Source: a virus | Length of the DNA stretch: 64,000 bases | Direction: 5' to 3' (one strand) | IMG/VR virus record: IMGVR_UViG_3300017714_003662 | Span: 3,945-67,944 of that record | Shown: piece by piece, positions 1 through 9,783 of the stretch | Numbering within the stretch: position 1 is the stretch's first letter | Layout: each line of letters begins with the position of its first letter | Position numbers and translations under genes: made by a program | The notes under the pieces: generated by a model | Databases searched by the model: none | Seen by the model: only the letters and a program-made list of their open reading frames with translations | What the model was told of the DNA's origin: nothing

Positions 1-205
1 ATGTTTCACCCATCATAGGCACATCTCCTTCGCCTGTAGTGCTACATAACATCATTACATTTTTCATTTCACTAATTTGTTCTACAGTGTAATCATTCAT
101 TTCGCCACATTCGACTTCAATACCCTTTGCTTCAACTTTTGATTCAAAATCTAAAGCAAGGTCAAATGCCGTTCCCATCTCACTTGCATATATTATATTA
201 ATCAT
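1..205 (-). CDS. Flavodoxin (MioC/short-chain type), 3' part outside window
   Basis: Manual translation from ATG at 205: MINIIYASEMGTAFDLA...MLCSTTGEGDVPMMGET; YxSxxGxA FMN phosphate loop and STTGEGD motif. Not in ORF track because it runs off the edge. Confidence 0.85.
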   Translation of the reverse strand, partial: MINIIYASEMGTAFDLALDFESKVEAKGIEVECGEMNDYTVEQISEMKNVMMLCSTTGEGDVPMMGET

Positions 206-224
206 GTTTTATTCTTTCCTATCT

Positions 225-308
225 TGGTGCTCACACTCGGACTCGAACCGAGACGCTATAAGCGACAGATTTTAAGTCTGTTGTGTCTACCTATTCCACC
301 ATGCGAGC
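225..308 (-). tRNA. tRNA-Leu(TAA)
   Basis: GCTCGCATGGTGGAATAGGTAGACAC..ACAGA-CTTAAAA-TCTGT..long variable arm..GGTTCGAGTCC..GAGCACCA. Confidence 0.95.
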
Positions 309-312
309 AAAT

Positions 313-388
313 TGGCCTGTCCTAGAGGATTCGAACCTCTGACCTAGTGCTTAGAAGGCACTTGCTCTATCCACTGAGCTAAGGACAG
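313..388 (-). tRNA. tRNA-Arg(TCT)
   Basis: CTGTCCTTAGCTCAGTGGATAGAGC, anticodon arm AGTGC-CTTCTAA-GCACT, GGTTCGAATCC, encoded CCA. Confidence 0.95.
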
Positions 389-395
389 CAAATAA

Positions 396-602
396 CTATA
401 ATGCTTCTAATGTTCTCACTTGCTGTTCTAATTGAAATATTCGTTCTTGCATCCAATTAATAGCTGTGTGGATATGTCCTGTGTCATGAGGTAGCAGCTG
501 ACTTTTTGCATGATCAATTTCTAACTGCAGAACTGTAATTTGATTTATTATTTCTGCGGTGCTCATATCTGCAAAAGCTTCTATATCATCACGGTTAATC
601 AT
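396..602 (-). CDS. Hypothetical phage protein
   Basis: ORF track, ATGA-coupled to upstream ORF. Confidence 0.6.
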   Translation of the reverse strand: MINRDDIEAFADMSTAEIINQITVLQLEIDHAKSQLLPHDTGHIHTAINWMQERIFQLEQQVRTLEAL

Positions 603-796
603 TTAAATACTTTTTCTGCTTCTTTAAAAGCATCAGACCTGTCAACAACAGGCTTTTTATATTGCCCTAGATAATCAATTTCTTCTAAGATCTCTATTTT
701 ATCCTTCACACGTGATAACACACCACGTGAATTATCATCAAGATCTTTTTTAAGTTCTTCATTGATGATTTTTACAACTTGTCTGCTCGTAATCAT
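599..796 (-). CDS. Hypothetical phage protein
   Basis: ORF with AGGAGA SD; sigma70-like TTGACA...TATATT promoter upstream at about 823-851. Confidence 0.65.
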   Translation of the reverse strand: MITSRQVVKIINEELKKDLDDNSRGVLSRVKDKIEILEEIDYLGQYKKPVVDRSDAFKEAEKVFK

Positions 797-900
797 GCCT
801 AATTCTCCTAACGCTTAATATACAATATACTAGTAATTTTCATACTTGTCAACTATATAATTGCTTATTAGGAAAAATTATGTCATTAACGGCTATGTTT

Positions 901-1143
901 TTAAAAAATCCACCATCTATAGACACCTATTGCATCTATTATTACATATACTGCACTACTCGTCATTATGCCAGGATAGTTTTGTATGTATGCAAATACT
1001 CCCATCATACTATCTTTAATACAAAATAGAACCATTGCCCAGAATATCCACTCATTGCCAAGATTAAAACTTACAATGGCAGCGGCTGTGCAACCAGTGA
1101 CCATTTGAGCCCATTCTAATATGCGAACAGTTTTAGATTTCAT
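901..1143 (-). CDS. Small membrane protein (3 predicted TM helices)
   Basis: Hydrophobic 80 aa ORF directly downstream of the dehydrogenase. Confidence 0.6.
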   Translation of the reverse strand: MKSKTVRILEWAQMVTGCTAAAIVSFNLGNEWIFWAMVLFCIKDSMMGVFAYIQNYPGIMTSSAVYVIIDAIGVYRWWIF

Positions 1144-1148
1144 TTATT

Positions 1149-2177
1149 TTAAAGTCTACCCTCTGCAATTTGATTTGCTGCCTTAACAGGATCTGTGCCT
1201 AATTTATGATGAGCAGTAATTAGTTCTACTGTATCATCAATTGCATTTAACCTGCTTATAACTTTTGGGTTATGATATTCTAGATCTACTAAATCATCTC
1301 CGATTGTTCTAACAATAATTACACCGCCTGCGTTTGCAATATAATCAGGAACATAAAATATACGTTTACTTTCTAAAATATCTATCATATCTGGCGTTGC
1401 CAGTTGATTATTTGCGCCTCCGCAAATAATATCGCACTTTAAATCATGTACTGTGTTAATATTTATTGCACCGCCAATAGCACAAGGTGCATATACGTCA
1501 CAGTCTATTTTGTGTATTTTATCATGCGATACCATATCACAATGATACTTGTTACACACGTTCATAGATTTATTATTGTCTATATCAGCTACTGTAACTT
1601 TACAGCCCGCACCTGTTAAAAACTTTACAAGTCTGTGTCCTACTTTGCCTAAACCGTTTACTGCAACATGTGTTTTTTGCCAAGTCATACCTTTGTATTT
1701 CATTGCAGCATGCATTGCCATAAACACACCATATGCTGTAGCCCAACCGCTGTCTAATTTTCCAGTTACACCTTGTATATGATCAGTATATTTTGCAATC
1801 ATTCCGCATTCGCGAAGTCCTGTGCCTACGTCTCCTGCGGTTACGTATATTGTTTCTTTCTCATTAAACTTGTTAATAAATTCTCCAAAACTTTGTGCTA
1901 ATTCTTCTGTTACTGGTCCTGTAAAGTTAATTGCTGTTTTGCCACCACCTAAATCTAAACCAGCCGCACTGTTTTTATATGTCATGCCTTTGCTTAAATT
2001 TAACGCATCTTTTATATGATCTTCGTAAGTTTCGTATGGCATAATTCTACATCCGCCTAATGCTTTTCCTAGGCTTATATTATGCACTGCAATTATTGCA
2101 TCAAGACCCGTGTCTTCATTGATTCCACGTGCTACTCTATGGTAGCCTTTAACAGGAATTTCAGTGATTTCTAACAT
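1149..2177 (-). CDS. Glu/Leu/Phe/Val dehydrogenase (leucine dehydrogenase-like)
   Basis: ALGGCR, GMTYKN..GLDLGGGK, GDVGT, TAYGV, GLGKVG Rossmann, APCAIGG, GGANNQL motifs. Confidence 0.93.
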   Translation of the reverse strand: MLEITEIPVKGYHRVARGINEDTGLDAIIAVHNISLGKALGGCRIMPYETYEDHIKDALNLSKGMTYKNSAAGLDLGGGKTAINFTGPVTEELAQSFGEFINKFNEKETIYVTAGDVGTGLRECGMIAKYTDHIQGVTGKLDSGWATAYGVFMAMHAAMKYKGMTWQKTHVAVNGLGKVGHRLVKFLTGAGCKVTVADIDNNKSMNVCNKYHCDMVSHDKIHKIDCDVYAPCAIGGAININTVHDLKCDIICGGANNQLATPDMIDILESKRIFYVPDYIANAGGVIIVRTIGDDLVDLEYHNPKVISRLNAIDDTVELITAHHKLGTDPVKAANQIAEGRL

Positions 2178-2201
2178 TCTAATACTCTTTTTTTACTACT
2201 A

Positions 2202-2555
2202 CTATTTAATCTTAACCTTTGCAATAAGCGGTTTATTGCGTTTATTTCCGCATTGATACAAACATAGCTCTGAAGGATTATCATCATCCCATCCATCATA
2301 AAATATATGATGCTTGTATATTTTGTTTTCTAGCATTTCTTCTATAGTATGTAATGCTAAGTTATTCCATCCAGGATTCTCAACACACTCTTTTTCATAT
2401 TTTGTATCAAATGTTCCAACTTCATCTTTGTTAGCATTAATGTATGCCGAGGCATAAAAACAACAAGGATGAACAGTCAAGTGTTCATCAACGTAAAAAG
2501 ATCTTTTTTCATGATCGTGATACATACACCATATATCATTTCTATTTGAGTTCAC
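2202..2555 (-). CDS. Stand-alone SPASM/twitch-like Fe-S domain protein
   Basis: C..(VHPCCF)..C-x3-CG pattern matching the C-terminal domain of 37122..38183. Confidence 0.7.
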   Translation of the reverse strand: MNSNRNDIWCMYHDHEKRSFYVDEHLTVHPCCFYASAYINANKDEVGTFDTKYEKECVENPGWNNLALHTIEEMLENKIYKHHIFYDGWDDDNPSELCLYQCGNKRNKPLIAKVKIK

Positions 2556-3174
2556 TAATAACTCTCCTTAATCTATAAAACTCCTCATCTCCTACATAAC
2601 CTGTAACTTCTATAGGATGTATTCTGTTATTGATTTTTATTTCAATTGGTATATTATTTGTTTTAGCATATTCATATGCATCATACAACTGATGTTTGTT
2701 CCATTTAAATATTATAAAATTCCAATGTCCTTTTCCACCATTTGTAAACCATGTGTGCATATTATTCCATGCTTTTTTAAAGTTTACACCTATCCTATAT
2801 TTACCATTGGTTTCAGCATCCATACCGTCTATACCCCAACTAATAGCAACTCTTCTATCTGTAGCATATTTTTCATAAAAACTTTTATTACTTAATGCGC
2901 CATTTGTATGTATTTGCACCCAATTGCCGTTTTGTAAAAACAATTTAACTATTTCTTCTATGTCAGGATGCATCATAGGATCACCTAGTTCACCACATAA
3001 TGTAACTGTAGTGTCTGGATCTAGTTTATTAATAATATTTTTAAATGTGTTTATGTTTACATGCTCGGGCTTCAACAAACCTCTATTATCAAGTATAGTC
3101 CTAGAACATGTAGGACATTTTGCCTGACAATAACTCGTAAGTTGAAATTCTAATTCAAGCATGGCGTGCCGCAA
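2542..3174 (-). CDS. Radical SAM core-domain protein
   Basis: CQAKCPTC (CxxxCxxC), GELGDPMMHP, TNG, GIDG. Confidence 0.9.
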   Translation of the reverse strand: MRHAMLELEFQLTSYCQAKCPTCSRTILDNRGLLKPEHVNINTFKNIINKLDPDTTVTLCGELGDPMMHPDIEEIVKLFLQNGNWVQIHTNGALSNKSFYEKYATDRRVAISWGIDGMDAETNGKYRIGVNFKKAWNNMHTWFTNGGKGHWNFIIFKWNKHQLYDAYEYAKTNNIPIEIKINNRIHPIEVTGYVGDEEFYRLRRVISELK

Positions 3175-3506
3175 TTATTAATACAAACTTTAGAACAGTT
3201 ATTACTTTCCCATCCTGATTTAAAAGTCCATTCAGTAAAATACGTGTGTTTTATAATAGTTGAAATTGAGTGTTTCTTTAATGAATTAAAATCCTTGTCT
3301 TTCTCCATTACTTTTATAAATTCAGGATCTTCTTTTAAGTATTTTGAATCTTTTTGAGGAGATGCAGTATTCATTCCATCCCATGCATTTGCAAAGTGAC
3401 AACATGGCCATATTTTGCCATCCATTGTAACATCCCATAATTTCCAATTTGTATTATTTGGATCTGAAGGTATCACCCAAGCATGACAATTGATTTTATA
3501 CTTCAT
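3150..3506 (-). CDS. Stand-alone SPASM/twitch-like Fe-S domain protein
   Basis: C..DGKIWPCCH..CINNCG. Confidence 0.7.
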   Translation of the reverse strand: MKYKINCHAWVIPSDPNNTNWKLWDVTMDGKIWPCCHFANAWDGMNTASPQKDSKYLKEDPEFIKVMEKDKDFNSLKKHSISTIIKHTYFTEWTFKSGWESNNCSKVCINNCGTPCLN

Positions 3507-4173
3507 AATTAATTTCTTTCAAAAGAGAGTATGCTTTTTCTTTATTGGTATCTGATATATATCCTTGTAAGCCAGCACTGTTTATAAAATTTCTACGATT
3601 AAAAGCATACTCTATTTCACATCCTATAATGTTTTTTGCAATGTCATATGCTTTTACTATTTCATGCCAGTTCCAATCAAAAATTATAAATTTCCACTTA
3701 CCCCAGCCTCCACTTTGAACAAATGTAGTCATATTTTGTATTGCTTTATCAAATATAACCCCTTCTCTATAATGCCAGTTTGTTTCGTTTGATGCACCAT
3801 CGATTGCAAACTTTATATGTAGTTTTTCATTACCAAACTTTTTAGCACTATTACTATACCATAATGGTTTTCTGATTCCACCATTTGTGCTTATTGATAC
3901 CTTGGGTGCATAGTTTAATGCTTCCTCTATGAATAAATCAATATCTGGATTCATCATAGGATCTCCATGCTCTCCGCAAAAAGCAATATTATTTAATTTT
4001 ATTTCATTAAAACTTTTAGTAAGATTTTTAAAATCTTCTATTGATGTATGCTGTAAATTAAGAGAACTTACAGCCTTGCCAGTTTTCTCATCTGTCCTAG
4101 GACATGCTCTACATCTTGCCTGACAATATGTGGTAATAGCAAATTCTATCATATGCATTGGGAACTTTTCCAT
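3496..4173 (-). CDS. Radical SAM core-domain protein
   Basis: CQARCRAC, GEHGDPMMNP, STNGG, AIDG; paralog of 2542..3174. Confidence 0.9.
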   Translation of the reverse strand: MEKFPMHMIEFAITTYCQARCRACPRTDEKTGKAVSSLNLQHTSIEDFKNLTKSFNEIKLNNIAFCGEHGDPMMNPDIDLFIEEALNYAPKVSISTNGGIRKPLWYSNSAKKFGNEKLHIKFAIDGASNETNWHYREGVIFDKAIQNMTTFVQSGGWGKWKFIIFDWNWHEIVKAYDIAKNIIGCEIEYAFNRRNFINSAGLQGYISDTNKEKAYSLLKEINYEV

Positions 4174-4207
4174 ACATATATTTATTTGTATTAATGTTAT
4201 ATCAGTT

Positions 4208-4282
4208 TGGCACCAGTGGAAGGAATCGAACCCTCGTCGTCGGTTTTGGAGACCGCTGTGTTACCATTAGCACCACACTGAT
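4208..4282 (-). tRNA. tRNA-Trp(CCA)
   Basis: ATCAGTGTGGTGCTAATGGTAACAC, anticodon loop CTCCAAA, GGTTCGATTCC, GCCA end. Confidence 0.92.
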
Positions 4283-4288
4283 ATAATT

Positions 4289-4729
4289 TTATTCGTGCTC
4301 ACCACCAGGAGCTCTTGAATTAATACGATTATCTCTTACAAACCACTGTGGTTTACGTTTTGCTGTTTCAAATGTAGCTACTGTTACAGCAATGGCTCCT
4401 AGTAATACTACATGTATCATCATAGAAACTAATCCAGCCCACATACTACCTACAATAAATGCAAATGTAATACACCACATCCATGCTAACACCTGCATAA
4501 TCATATGTCTAGTGCTAAAGTCTGGAATATTACTTAATGGATTTCTTTTATCATCCATTACTGCATTCCAACATTCATATACCCATTCTCTCATATCTTT
4601 TACCTTTTCAAATGTTACTTTAATAGGATAGTTAGCATCTGCACTATCTCTATAGTCTATCGCATCATATAAATCATAAAATTTTTGTACAACCTTATGA
4701 TCTTTAAAATATGCTGTTACTTTATACAT
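4289..4729 (-). CDS. Conserved phage membrane protein
   Basis: AGGAG SD; two C-terminal TM segments. Confidence 0.7.
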   Translation of the reverse strand: MYKVTAYFKDHKVVQKFYDLYDAIDYRDSADANYPIKVTFEKVKDMREWVYECWNAVMDDKRNPLSNIPDFSTRHMIMQVLAWMWCITFAFIVGSMWAGLVSMMIHVVLLGAIAVTVATFETAKRKPQWFVRDNRINSRAPGGEHE

Positions 4730-4785
4730 TTATATAACATCTCCTGTGTTGCAGTATTTAGTTATACTATAATAACTTAATAATG

Positions 4786-6009
4786 TCAAGCACTTTCTTT
4801 AAATGAATTGCTATCTTTTAGTAAATAATCCAAGTAAGGAAATGTATCTAAAAACTTCCTTGGATTGTAACTATCCCAAAATTTTACTATTTGTGGGAAT
4901 AAATGATGATCCTCACCTAGTCCAAAATCATTATGTTCTAAACTTATTAACATATCTTCTGTAAAGTTATGTTCTTTTGGATCGTAATCTTCTAATTCTT
5001 TTCTAATTAAATCTACTTCTCTTTTTCTAATATCTTGTGTTAATCTTGTAAAATGTAGATAATCTTTATCCTGTGAATGATACACTGGTGTTACATCTAT
5101 CTTAAAGCCACTTGTTTTTGTTAGATTTACTAACTTATGGAATCCAACAAAATTTAATAGTTGTATAGTTGGTATTACTTTTACATCTATATTATCATAT
5201 TTGTCGTTAAGCTCTTTAAATAACTTTAAATTTTTTTCTACTACTTTCCATTTTGTAGGAAATCTTACATATTCTATTGTATCTCCAATACCATCTATAC
5301 TTAAATTAAATTCTACTCTTTTATACTTTGTAAATAAATCTACCCATTTTGATCTAAATATTGTAGCATTAGTCAAAAACTTTAAATCAACATTTTCACT
5401 ATAACCATTATCAACTTGCCAATTAATACTGTTTATTACTTGTGGCATTAGTAATGGTTCACCTCCTGCATAACATACTTTTCTAATGTGTTCTGCATTT
5501 TTGTGTAAGTAATCTACCCAACCATCGTCATGTGTTCCATTATATACATCATCCATAAGAAAAAAAGATTTATCTTCGTATTTTCTATATCTATCATCAA
5601 TAGAAGAACTGTTATGTGGATTGCACATTACACATTCTAAATTACAATAATTGCTAGGTCGTATATCATAATAAAGAGGTGGTGGACATTCTGTTAATTT
5701 ATTATCATAAAAGTATTTTGCTTCATTATAAAAATCTTTGTTAAAATCTTGTCTTTTAGATACAATACCATTTTTTTCATCATCTATGCAAACTTGACAT
5801 TCATGCGGCATAATGCGTTTATTAAATAGTTCTCTAAGTTTTTTATATGACTCACTGTTCCAATAACCTTCAACAGTGACAGGATCATCTGTTAAAAATC
5901 TTCCTCTATATTCACAGCAAGGTCTTGCATCGCTTGTGTCTCTTATGTTCTCTTTTAAATACATACTCAAAAAGGGTATAGAACAAAAGTTTTTAAATGT
6001 GTCATCCAT
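4786..6009 (-). CDS. Radical SAM protein with N-terminal twitch/SPASM-like domain
   Basis: N-terminal C..PCC..CxxC, CNLECVMC, AGGEPL, TNAT, SIDG. Confidence 0.92.
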   Translation of the reverse strand: MDDTFKNFCSIPFLSMYLKENIRDTSDARPCCEYRGRFLTDDPVTVEGYWNSESYKKLRELFNKRIMPHECQVCIDDEKNGIVSKRQDFNKDFYNEAKYFYDNKLTECPPPLYYDIRPSNYCNLECVMCNPHNSSSIDDRYRKYEDKSFFLMDDVYNGTHDDGWVDYLHKNAEHIRKVCYAGGEPLLMPQVINSINWQVDNGYSENVDLKFLTNATIFRSKWVDLFTKYKRVEFNLSIDGIGDTIEYVRFPTKWKVVEKNLKLFKELNDKYDNIDVKVIPTIQLLNFVGFHKLVNLTKTSGFKIDVTPVYHSQDKDYLHFTRLTQDIRKREVDLIRKELEDYDPKEHNFTEDMLISLEHNDFGLGEDHHLFPQIVKFWDSYNPRKFLDTFPYLDYLLKDSNSFKESA

Positions 6010-6142
6010 GCTTTTATTTATTTAGAAGTCTCCTTCAATTCCATTGATACTATAAGTCTTACCGTTAAAACCTTTGTCCATTTTTTCTTTATCAGACATA
6101 GTTTCTCCATCTTTGCGTTTTTTATGGTTAAACTTTTCTTTT

Positions 6143-6772
6143 TTATCGGTAGTAGAATCCAATTCTTGGGTTTTTGAGGTGACTGTCTGCATCTTCAAAA
6201 TTTTCTTGATAAAACCAATCATTGTATTTTTCTTTCAATTCTTTTTTATTATTATCCCATACTGGAATAATTTCTGATGCTCCTTTTGGAAAATCAGCAC
6301 CATGTCTTAGATGTATTTCAATAATTTTGTTACCTATAAATTCAACGTTTATATTATCTACATCATCAAAGTCGTATATAAAGTCAGGCAATTTCATAGT
6401 AGGCGGATCTATTATAATCCATCGATAAAACTCTGTTAAGTTTTCACGTGTATTAAATCCTTTACTAGCATGTATTGGAATAAGTTTGCCTTTTTTCCAT
6501 ACATAGTCTATACTAATTTGATCTCCTTCAAATACTTCACACCAAAATTGCCCAGGATTGATTGGATGAAATACATCTTTAGTTATATGTTCAAAACGTG
6601 CATCAATTCCCATACCGCTTAAATTATAAATCGGACGAATAATATACTCGTCCGATTCGGTTACTGGAACTCCTGCTGGCCCACATTTATACCCTAGCTT
6701 TAAACTAAGTTCTAATTTATTAAAAATCCAACTATGATGGGGATATATTTTCCATGCTTGCCAATCATCCAT
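6143..6772 (-). CDS. Conserved phage protein, ATP-grasp-like
   Basis: YIIRPIYNLSGMG, CEVFEG..SID, INVEFIG..IIEIHLR resemble ATP-grasp elements. Confidence 0.55.
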   Translation of the reverse strand: MDDWQAWKIYPHHSWIFNKLELSLKLGYKCGPAGVPVTESDEYIIRPIYNLSGMGIDARFEHITKDVFHPINPGQFWCEVFEGDQISIDYVWKKGKLIPIHASKGFNTRENLTEFYRWIIIDPPTMKLPDFIYDFDDVDNINVEFIGNKIIEIHLRHGADFPKGASEIIPVWDNNKKELKEKYNDWFYQENFEDADSHLKNPRIGFYYR

Positions 6773-6798
6773 TACTATATTTATATTTTACGAATGTT

Positions 6799-7257
6799 TT
6801 AAAAATTCTCTAGTAGTTTTTTAAATTTTCTTTTTGATTTACCACGTATTTTTGTTTTTTTGATTGCATCTAAATTAGATGTATCGTCACCAACAACTAC
6901 CATTGCAATCATACCCATTGTTGCATGTGGTGTACATTGGTATATGTATATACCTGGAGTATCAAATGTAATAGCAACTTCTTTGTTTACTTTTGATTTC
7001 TTAGGTGCTTTCCATCCATTTGGACCTGCAATGAATTCTACATTGTGACCTTTTGAAGTTGGAACCCATGTAATAGTGTCACCTACATCAATACGTGCAA
7101 TATCTTGACTGTAAACCATTTTAGCTCCGTCATCACGTTTGTTTAGCATGTCGATTGAAATGTCCTCTGCGAATGCAGGTACTACAAATAATGCTATAAA
7201 CATAGCAAATAGTAATGCAGGATATATTAATCCGGTCGTAAGTGTATTAAGTTTCAT
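6799..7257 (-). CDS. Pseudoazurin (type I blue copper protein) with signal peptide
   Basis: Signal peptide ending AFA; GHNVEF and YQCTPHATMGM copper ligands (H, C, H, M). Confidence 0.93.
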   Translation of the reverse strand: MKLNTLTTGLIYPALLFAMFIALFVVPAFAEDISIDMLNKRDDGAKMVYSQDIARIDVGDTITWVPTSKGHNVEFIAGPNGWKAPKKSKVNKEVAITFDTPGIYIYQCTPHATMGMIAMVVVGDDTSNLDAIKKTKIRGKSKRKFKKLLENF

Positions 7258-7353
7258 TTGTTTTCTCTTTCTATTGGAAGTCTATTGTACTTTTACTTAT
7301 ACAATTATATAGGTATTTTTTAATAATGTCGATGTGTAAAATTGTAGCACTTG

Positions 7354-7965
7354 CTATGTATAATTTCTCATTAAAAGACTAGGTCGATAAAAATCAATTG
7401 GCTTAACAGCATGCCAGGTGCTTTGATCAGCTGTAAATGCCCAAGCATGATTTGGTTTATACTCAACTTGTGCTTGTCCTTGTGTATAGTCATCATCATT
7501 GTCAATCTCATTAGCTAGTATTACACCGCTATCTTTTTTGCTGTCATCCTGTGCCATGTATACTTGGAAAGTAGTGAGTCGCATATTTGGATATGCATCA
7601 ACATCATTATGCCATGCTTGATCAAATCCTGGATAATCTAAATGCCATAGTTTACTATAATCATTATATTCAATTCCAGTTACTTCAGTAATTTTAGACT
7701 CTAGTTCATCTGTCCATAACCAATCATAAAAATCACGTAGAAAACCAGTTGCTTGTTCACGTGCTTCATCATCAATCATTATAACTTGACCTTGTGGATA
7801 AGCAGGATCACTTCCATCGTCGTTATATACTTTCCAATCTTTTACTGCGTCCGAGTATAATATATTTGTTAAATTTTTATATACTTCTGGTAGAAAAAAA
7901 GAACCCACTGATTCTTTATATTTCCAAGGAAAGTCTTTTTCTACAAATGAATTATCTGTTATCAT
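7354..7965 (-). CDS. 2OG-Fe(II) oxygenase
   Basis: WHND (HxD), WHAV distal His, RxS. Confidence 0.8.
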   Translation of the reverse strand: MITDNSFVEKDFPWKYKESVGSFFLPEVYKNLTNILYSDAVKDWKVYNDDGSDPAYPQGQVIMIDDEAREQATGFLRDFYDWLWTDELESKITEVTGIEYNDYSKLWHLDYPGFDQAWHNDVDAYPNMRLTTFQVYMAQDDSKKDSGVILANEIDNDDDYTQGQAQVEYKPNHAWAFTADQSTWHAVKPIDFYRPSLLMRNYT

Positions 7966-8375
7966 TATGTTCTATTTCCTCTAAGTGCAAAATATAAACC
8001 ACCTACCCATAACAATACGTGCAGATTATCGTACAGTATTACGTCCCAGAAACTTTCAGGCTGACCTACCCAAATAACTCCTGTCATAATACTACAAATT
8101 GTAATACCGCTAAATCGAGTTATAATATCATTAATTTCTTTTAGTTTCTGCCATATAACAGCTCCACCTACAATCAAGCCTATACCAGCACCAATCTCAC
8201 CGTATGCTGCAAACCACCATACAATATAAGGTAAATCAAAACTTTCAGCGCCTTCTACTGTCACTGGTAACTTACTAAAGCCTTGTTGTAAAAATACAAT
8301 AGCTAATGGTATTCTTATTAACCAATGACTCATACAAAACTCTGGTATATTTCTAATTTTATTTTTTATATTCAT
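7965..8375 (-). CDS. DoxX family membrane protein
   Basis: LIRIPLAIVFLQQGFSKLP...AYGEIGAGIGLIVG...TRFSG DoxX pattern. Confidence 0.8.
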   Translation of the reverse strand: MNIKNKIRNIPEFCMSHWLIRIPLAIVFLQQGFSKLPVTVEGAESFDLPYIVWWFAAYGEIGAGIGLIVGGAVIWQKLKEINDIITRFSGITICSIMTGVIWVGQPESFWDVILYDNLHVLLWVGGLYFALRGNRT

Positions 8376-8394
8376 TATATTTCCTCGTATTAAT

Positions 8395-9174
8395 TTAAAA
8401 AAATCTTTTTACTTTTACATTTTTAGGTATTGGAGTACCATCGTATTCTGCACTCCTTGGTTCAAATTCAAATACATCACTGTGTGGATATTGTTTTATA
8501 TTATCACTAACTACTTCTAAAAACGGTCTAGTGTCTAATCCATCTGGTTCATCTTCACTTGCAACAACATAGTCTAAGTTTCGTGTTTCGTACCATGCTA
8601 AACTTTCATCAGGATATCCTACTCCTACTACTAATAGTGGCGAGTAATAATCACTTTTTTCATATCCTAAAAATTCTTTCCATGCATTTCCACTTTCGTT
8701 ATGCATTGTATTTTGACTGTATCCTGTTTTTAATCCCATCATATGTGCTGCTAAAACCATTTGTCCAGAACTAATTCCTATTGACTTGTTTTGTGTATCT
8801 CTAAAAGTATCTTCAAATTCTTCATTTACACCCGGACCGTCTTCGTCTGCTGCCCATATATCCTGATGTATGTCTTCTGGCAAAGTTTTGCCATATACAA
8901 ATATCAACGGTGCATGAACTTGTGTATTATGCATTGCACTATTGACTTTATCCCAATGGTATCCCCATGTAAATCTTTCTTCATGCTCTTTAAGCATTGC
9001 TTCATTTGTAATTACAGCAAGAGTAAAATCTACTTCATTTTGTTTACTAGGAGCATTGACTGCTATCTCTGTTAAAAAATCTACAGTATCTTGATCTACT
9101 TTCTTGTCTAAGTAATTACGTTGAGCCTTACGACTCTCGTGCATACATTTCAATACAAAGTTTTTGTCTATCAT
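8395..9174 (-). CDS. Nitroreductase-fold protein
   Basis: SRKAQRNY, NAPSKQN, IGISSGQMVLAAHMMGLKTG, LVVGVGYP. Confidence 0.85.
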   Translation of the reverse strand: MIDKNFVLKCMHESRKAQRNYLDKKVDQDTVDFLTEIAVNAPSKQNEVDFTLAVITNEAMLKEHEERFTWGYHWDKVNSAMHNTQVHAPLIFVYGKTLPEDIHQDIWAADEDGPGVNEEFEDTFRDTQNKSIGISSGQMVLAAHMMGLKTGYSQNTMHNESGNAWKEFLGYEKSDYYSPLLVVGVGYPDESLAWYETRNLDYVVASEDEPDGLDTRPFLEVVSDNIKQYPHSDVFEFEPRSAEYDGTPIPKNVKVKRFF

Positions 9175-9218
9175 ACTATTATTTATTATATTGGGGGATT
9201 TTCACCCCCTTCGTTCAA

Positions 9219-9581
9219 TTAAAACGAGTATGTTGCACCGATTGTTAAATCGCCACGTTCTTCTGCTTCTAAATCATAAGATGTTTTTGCAAATAATTCT
9301 AATGAATCATTTAAATCATATTCTGCTTCAAAGTTTAATGTTGGTAAAATTTCAACTGTATCATCTAATACAAACTCATTGTTGTAAATAGATAATTTTG
9401 ATGAAAGAGTCAACTCCAGTTGCTCAATACCGCTCCATGTCATTTCCGGTGTTAATACTATAGTATCGGTATTTGTATCTGAGTTACGTTGCGCTGTAAC
9501 TTCGCCACCGAGATCAATATCGGCTGTTGCTACTGTTGTAGTCAATACAATAGCAGCTACTGTTGTTGTTAGTAGTTTCAT
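9219..9581 (-). CDS. Secreted outer-membrane beta-barrel/porin-like protein
   Basis: Signal peptide, alternating beta strands, C-terminal GATYSF (Bam-type terminal Phe). Confidence 0.65.
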   Translation of the reverse strand: MKLLTTTVAAIVLTTTVATADIDLGGEVTAQRNSDTNTDTIVLTPEMTWSGIEQLELTLSSKLSIYNNEFVLDDTVEILPTLNFEAEYDLNDSLELFAKTSYDLEAEERGDLTIGATYSF

Positions 9582-9603
9582 TTTTTGTTTCCTTATAAAA
9601 AAA

Positions 9604-9771
9604 CGACTATTCTGTTGCCAGGTCAGTCGCCAACCCCTACATGCCTATATTAGGCTGCTAATGCCATTTCTGGCGCATAATTGTTATTTGCAATTATAAA
9701 ATTTAACCTATTACGCTGTTACCCGGTTAACTCCACTTCACTTTCACACCTGTCGATCCTAGCTCAGCCCC
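9604..9771 (-). ncRNA. ssrA: Two-piece (permuted) tmRNA, coding piece; tag ANNNYAPEMALAA* at 9691-9650
   Basis: Starts GGGGCTGAGCTAGGATCGAC; resume codon GCA AAT AAC; tag ends ALAA-TAA; terminal hairpin CGACT..CTGGCAACAG..AGTCG plus T-run. Confidence 0.93.
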
Positions 9772-9783
9772 ATCAAAAATACA

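Noticed and set aside
6022-6222. 66-aa ORF overlapping the ATP-grasp-like gene
   Set aside because: Overlaps 6143..6772 by 80 nt; a shorter version from an internal Met may be real but I cannot support a start.
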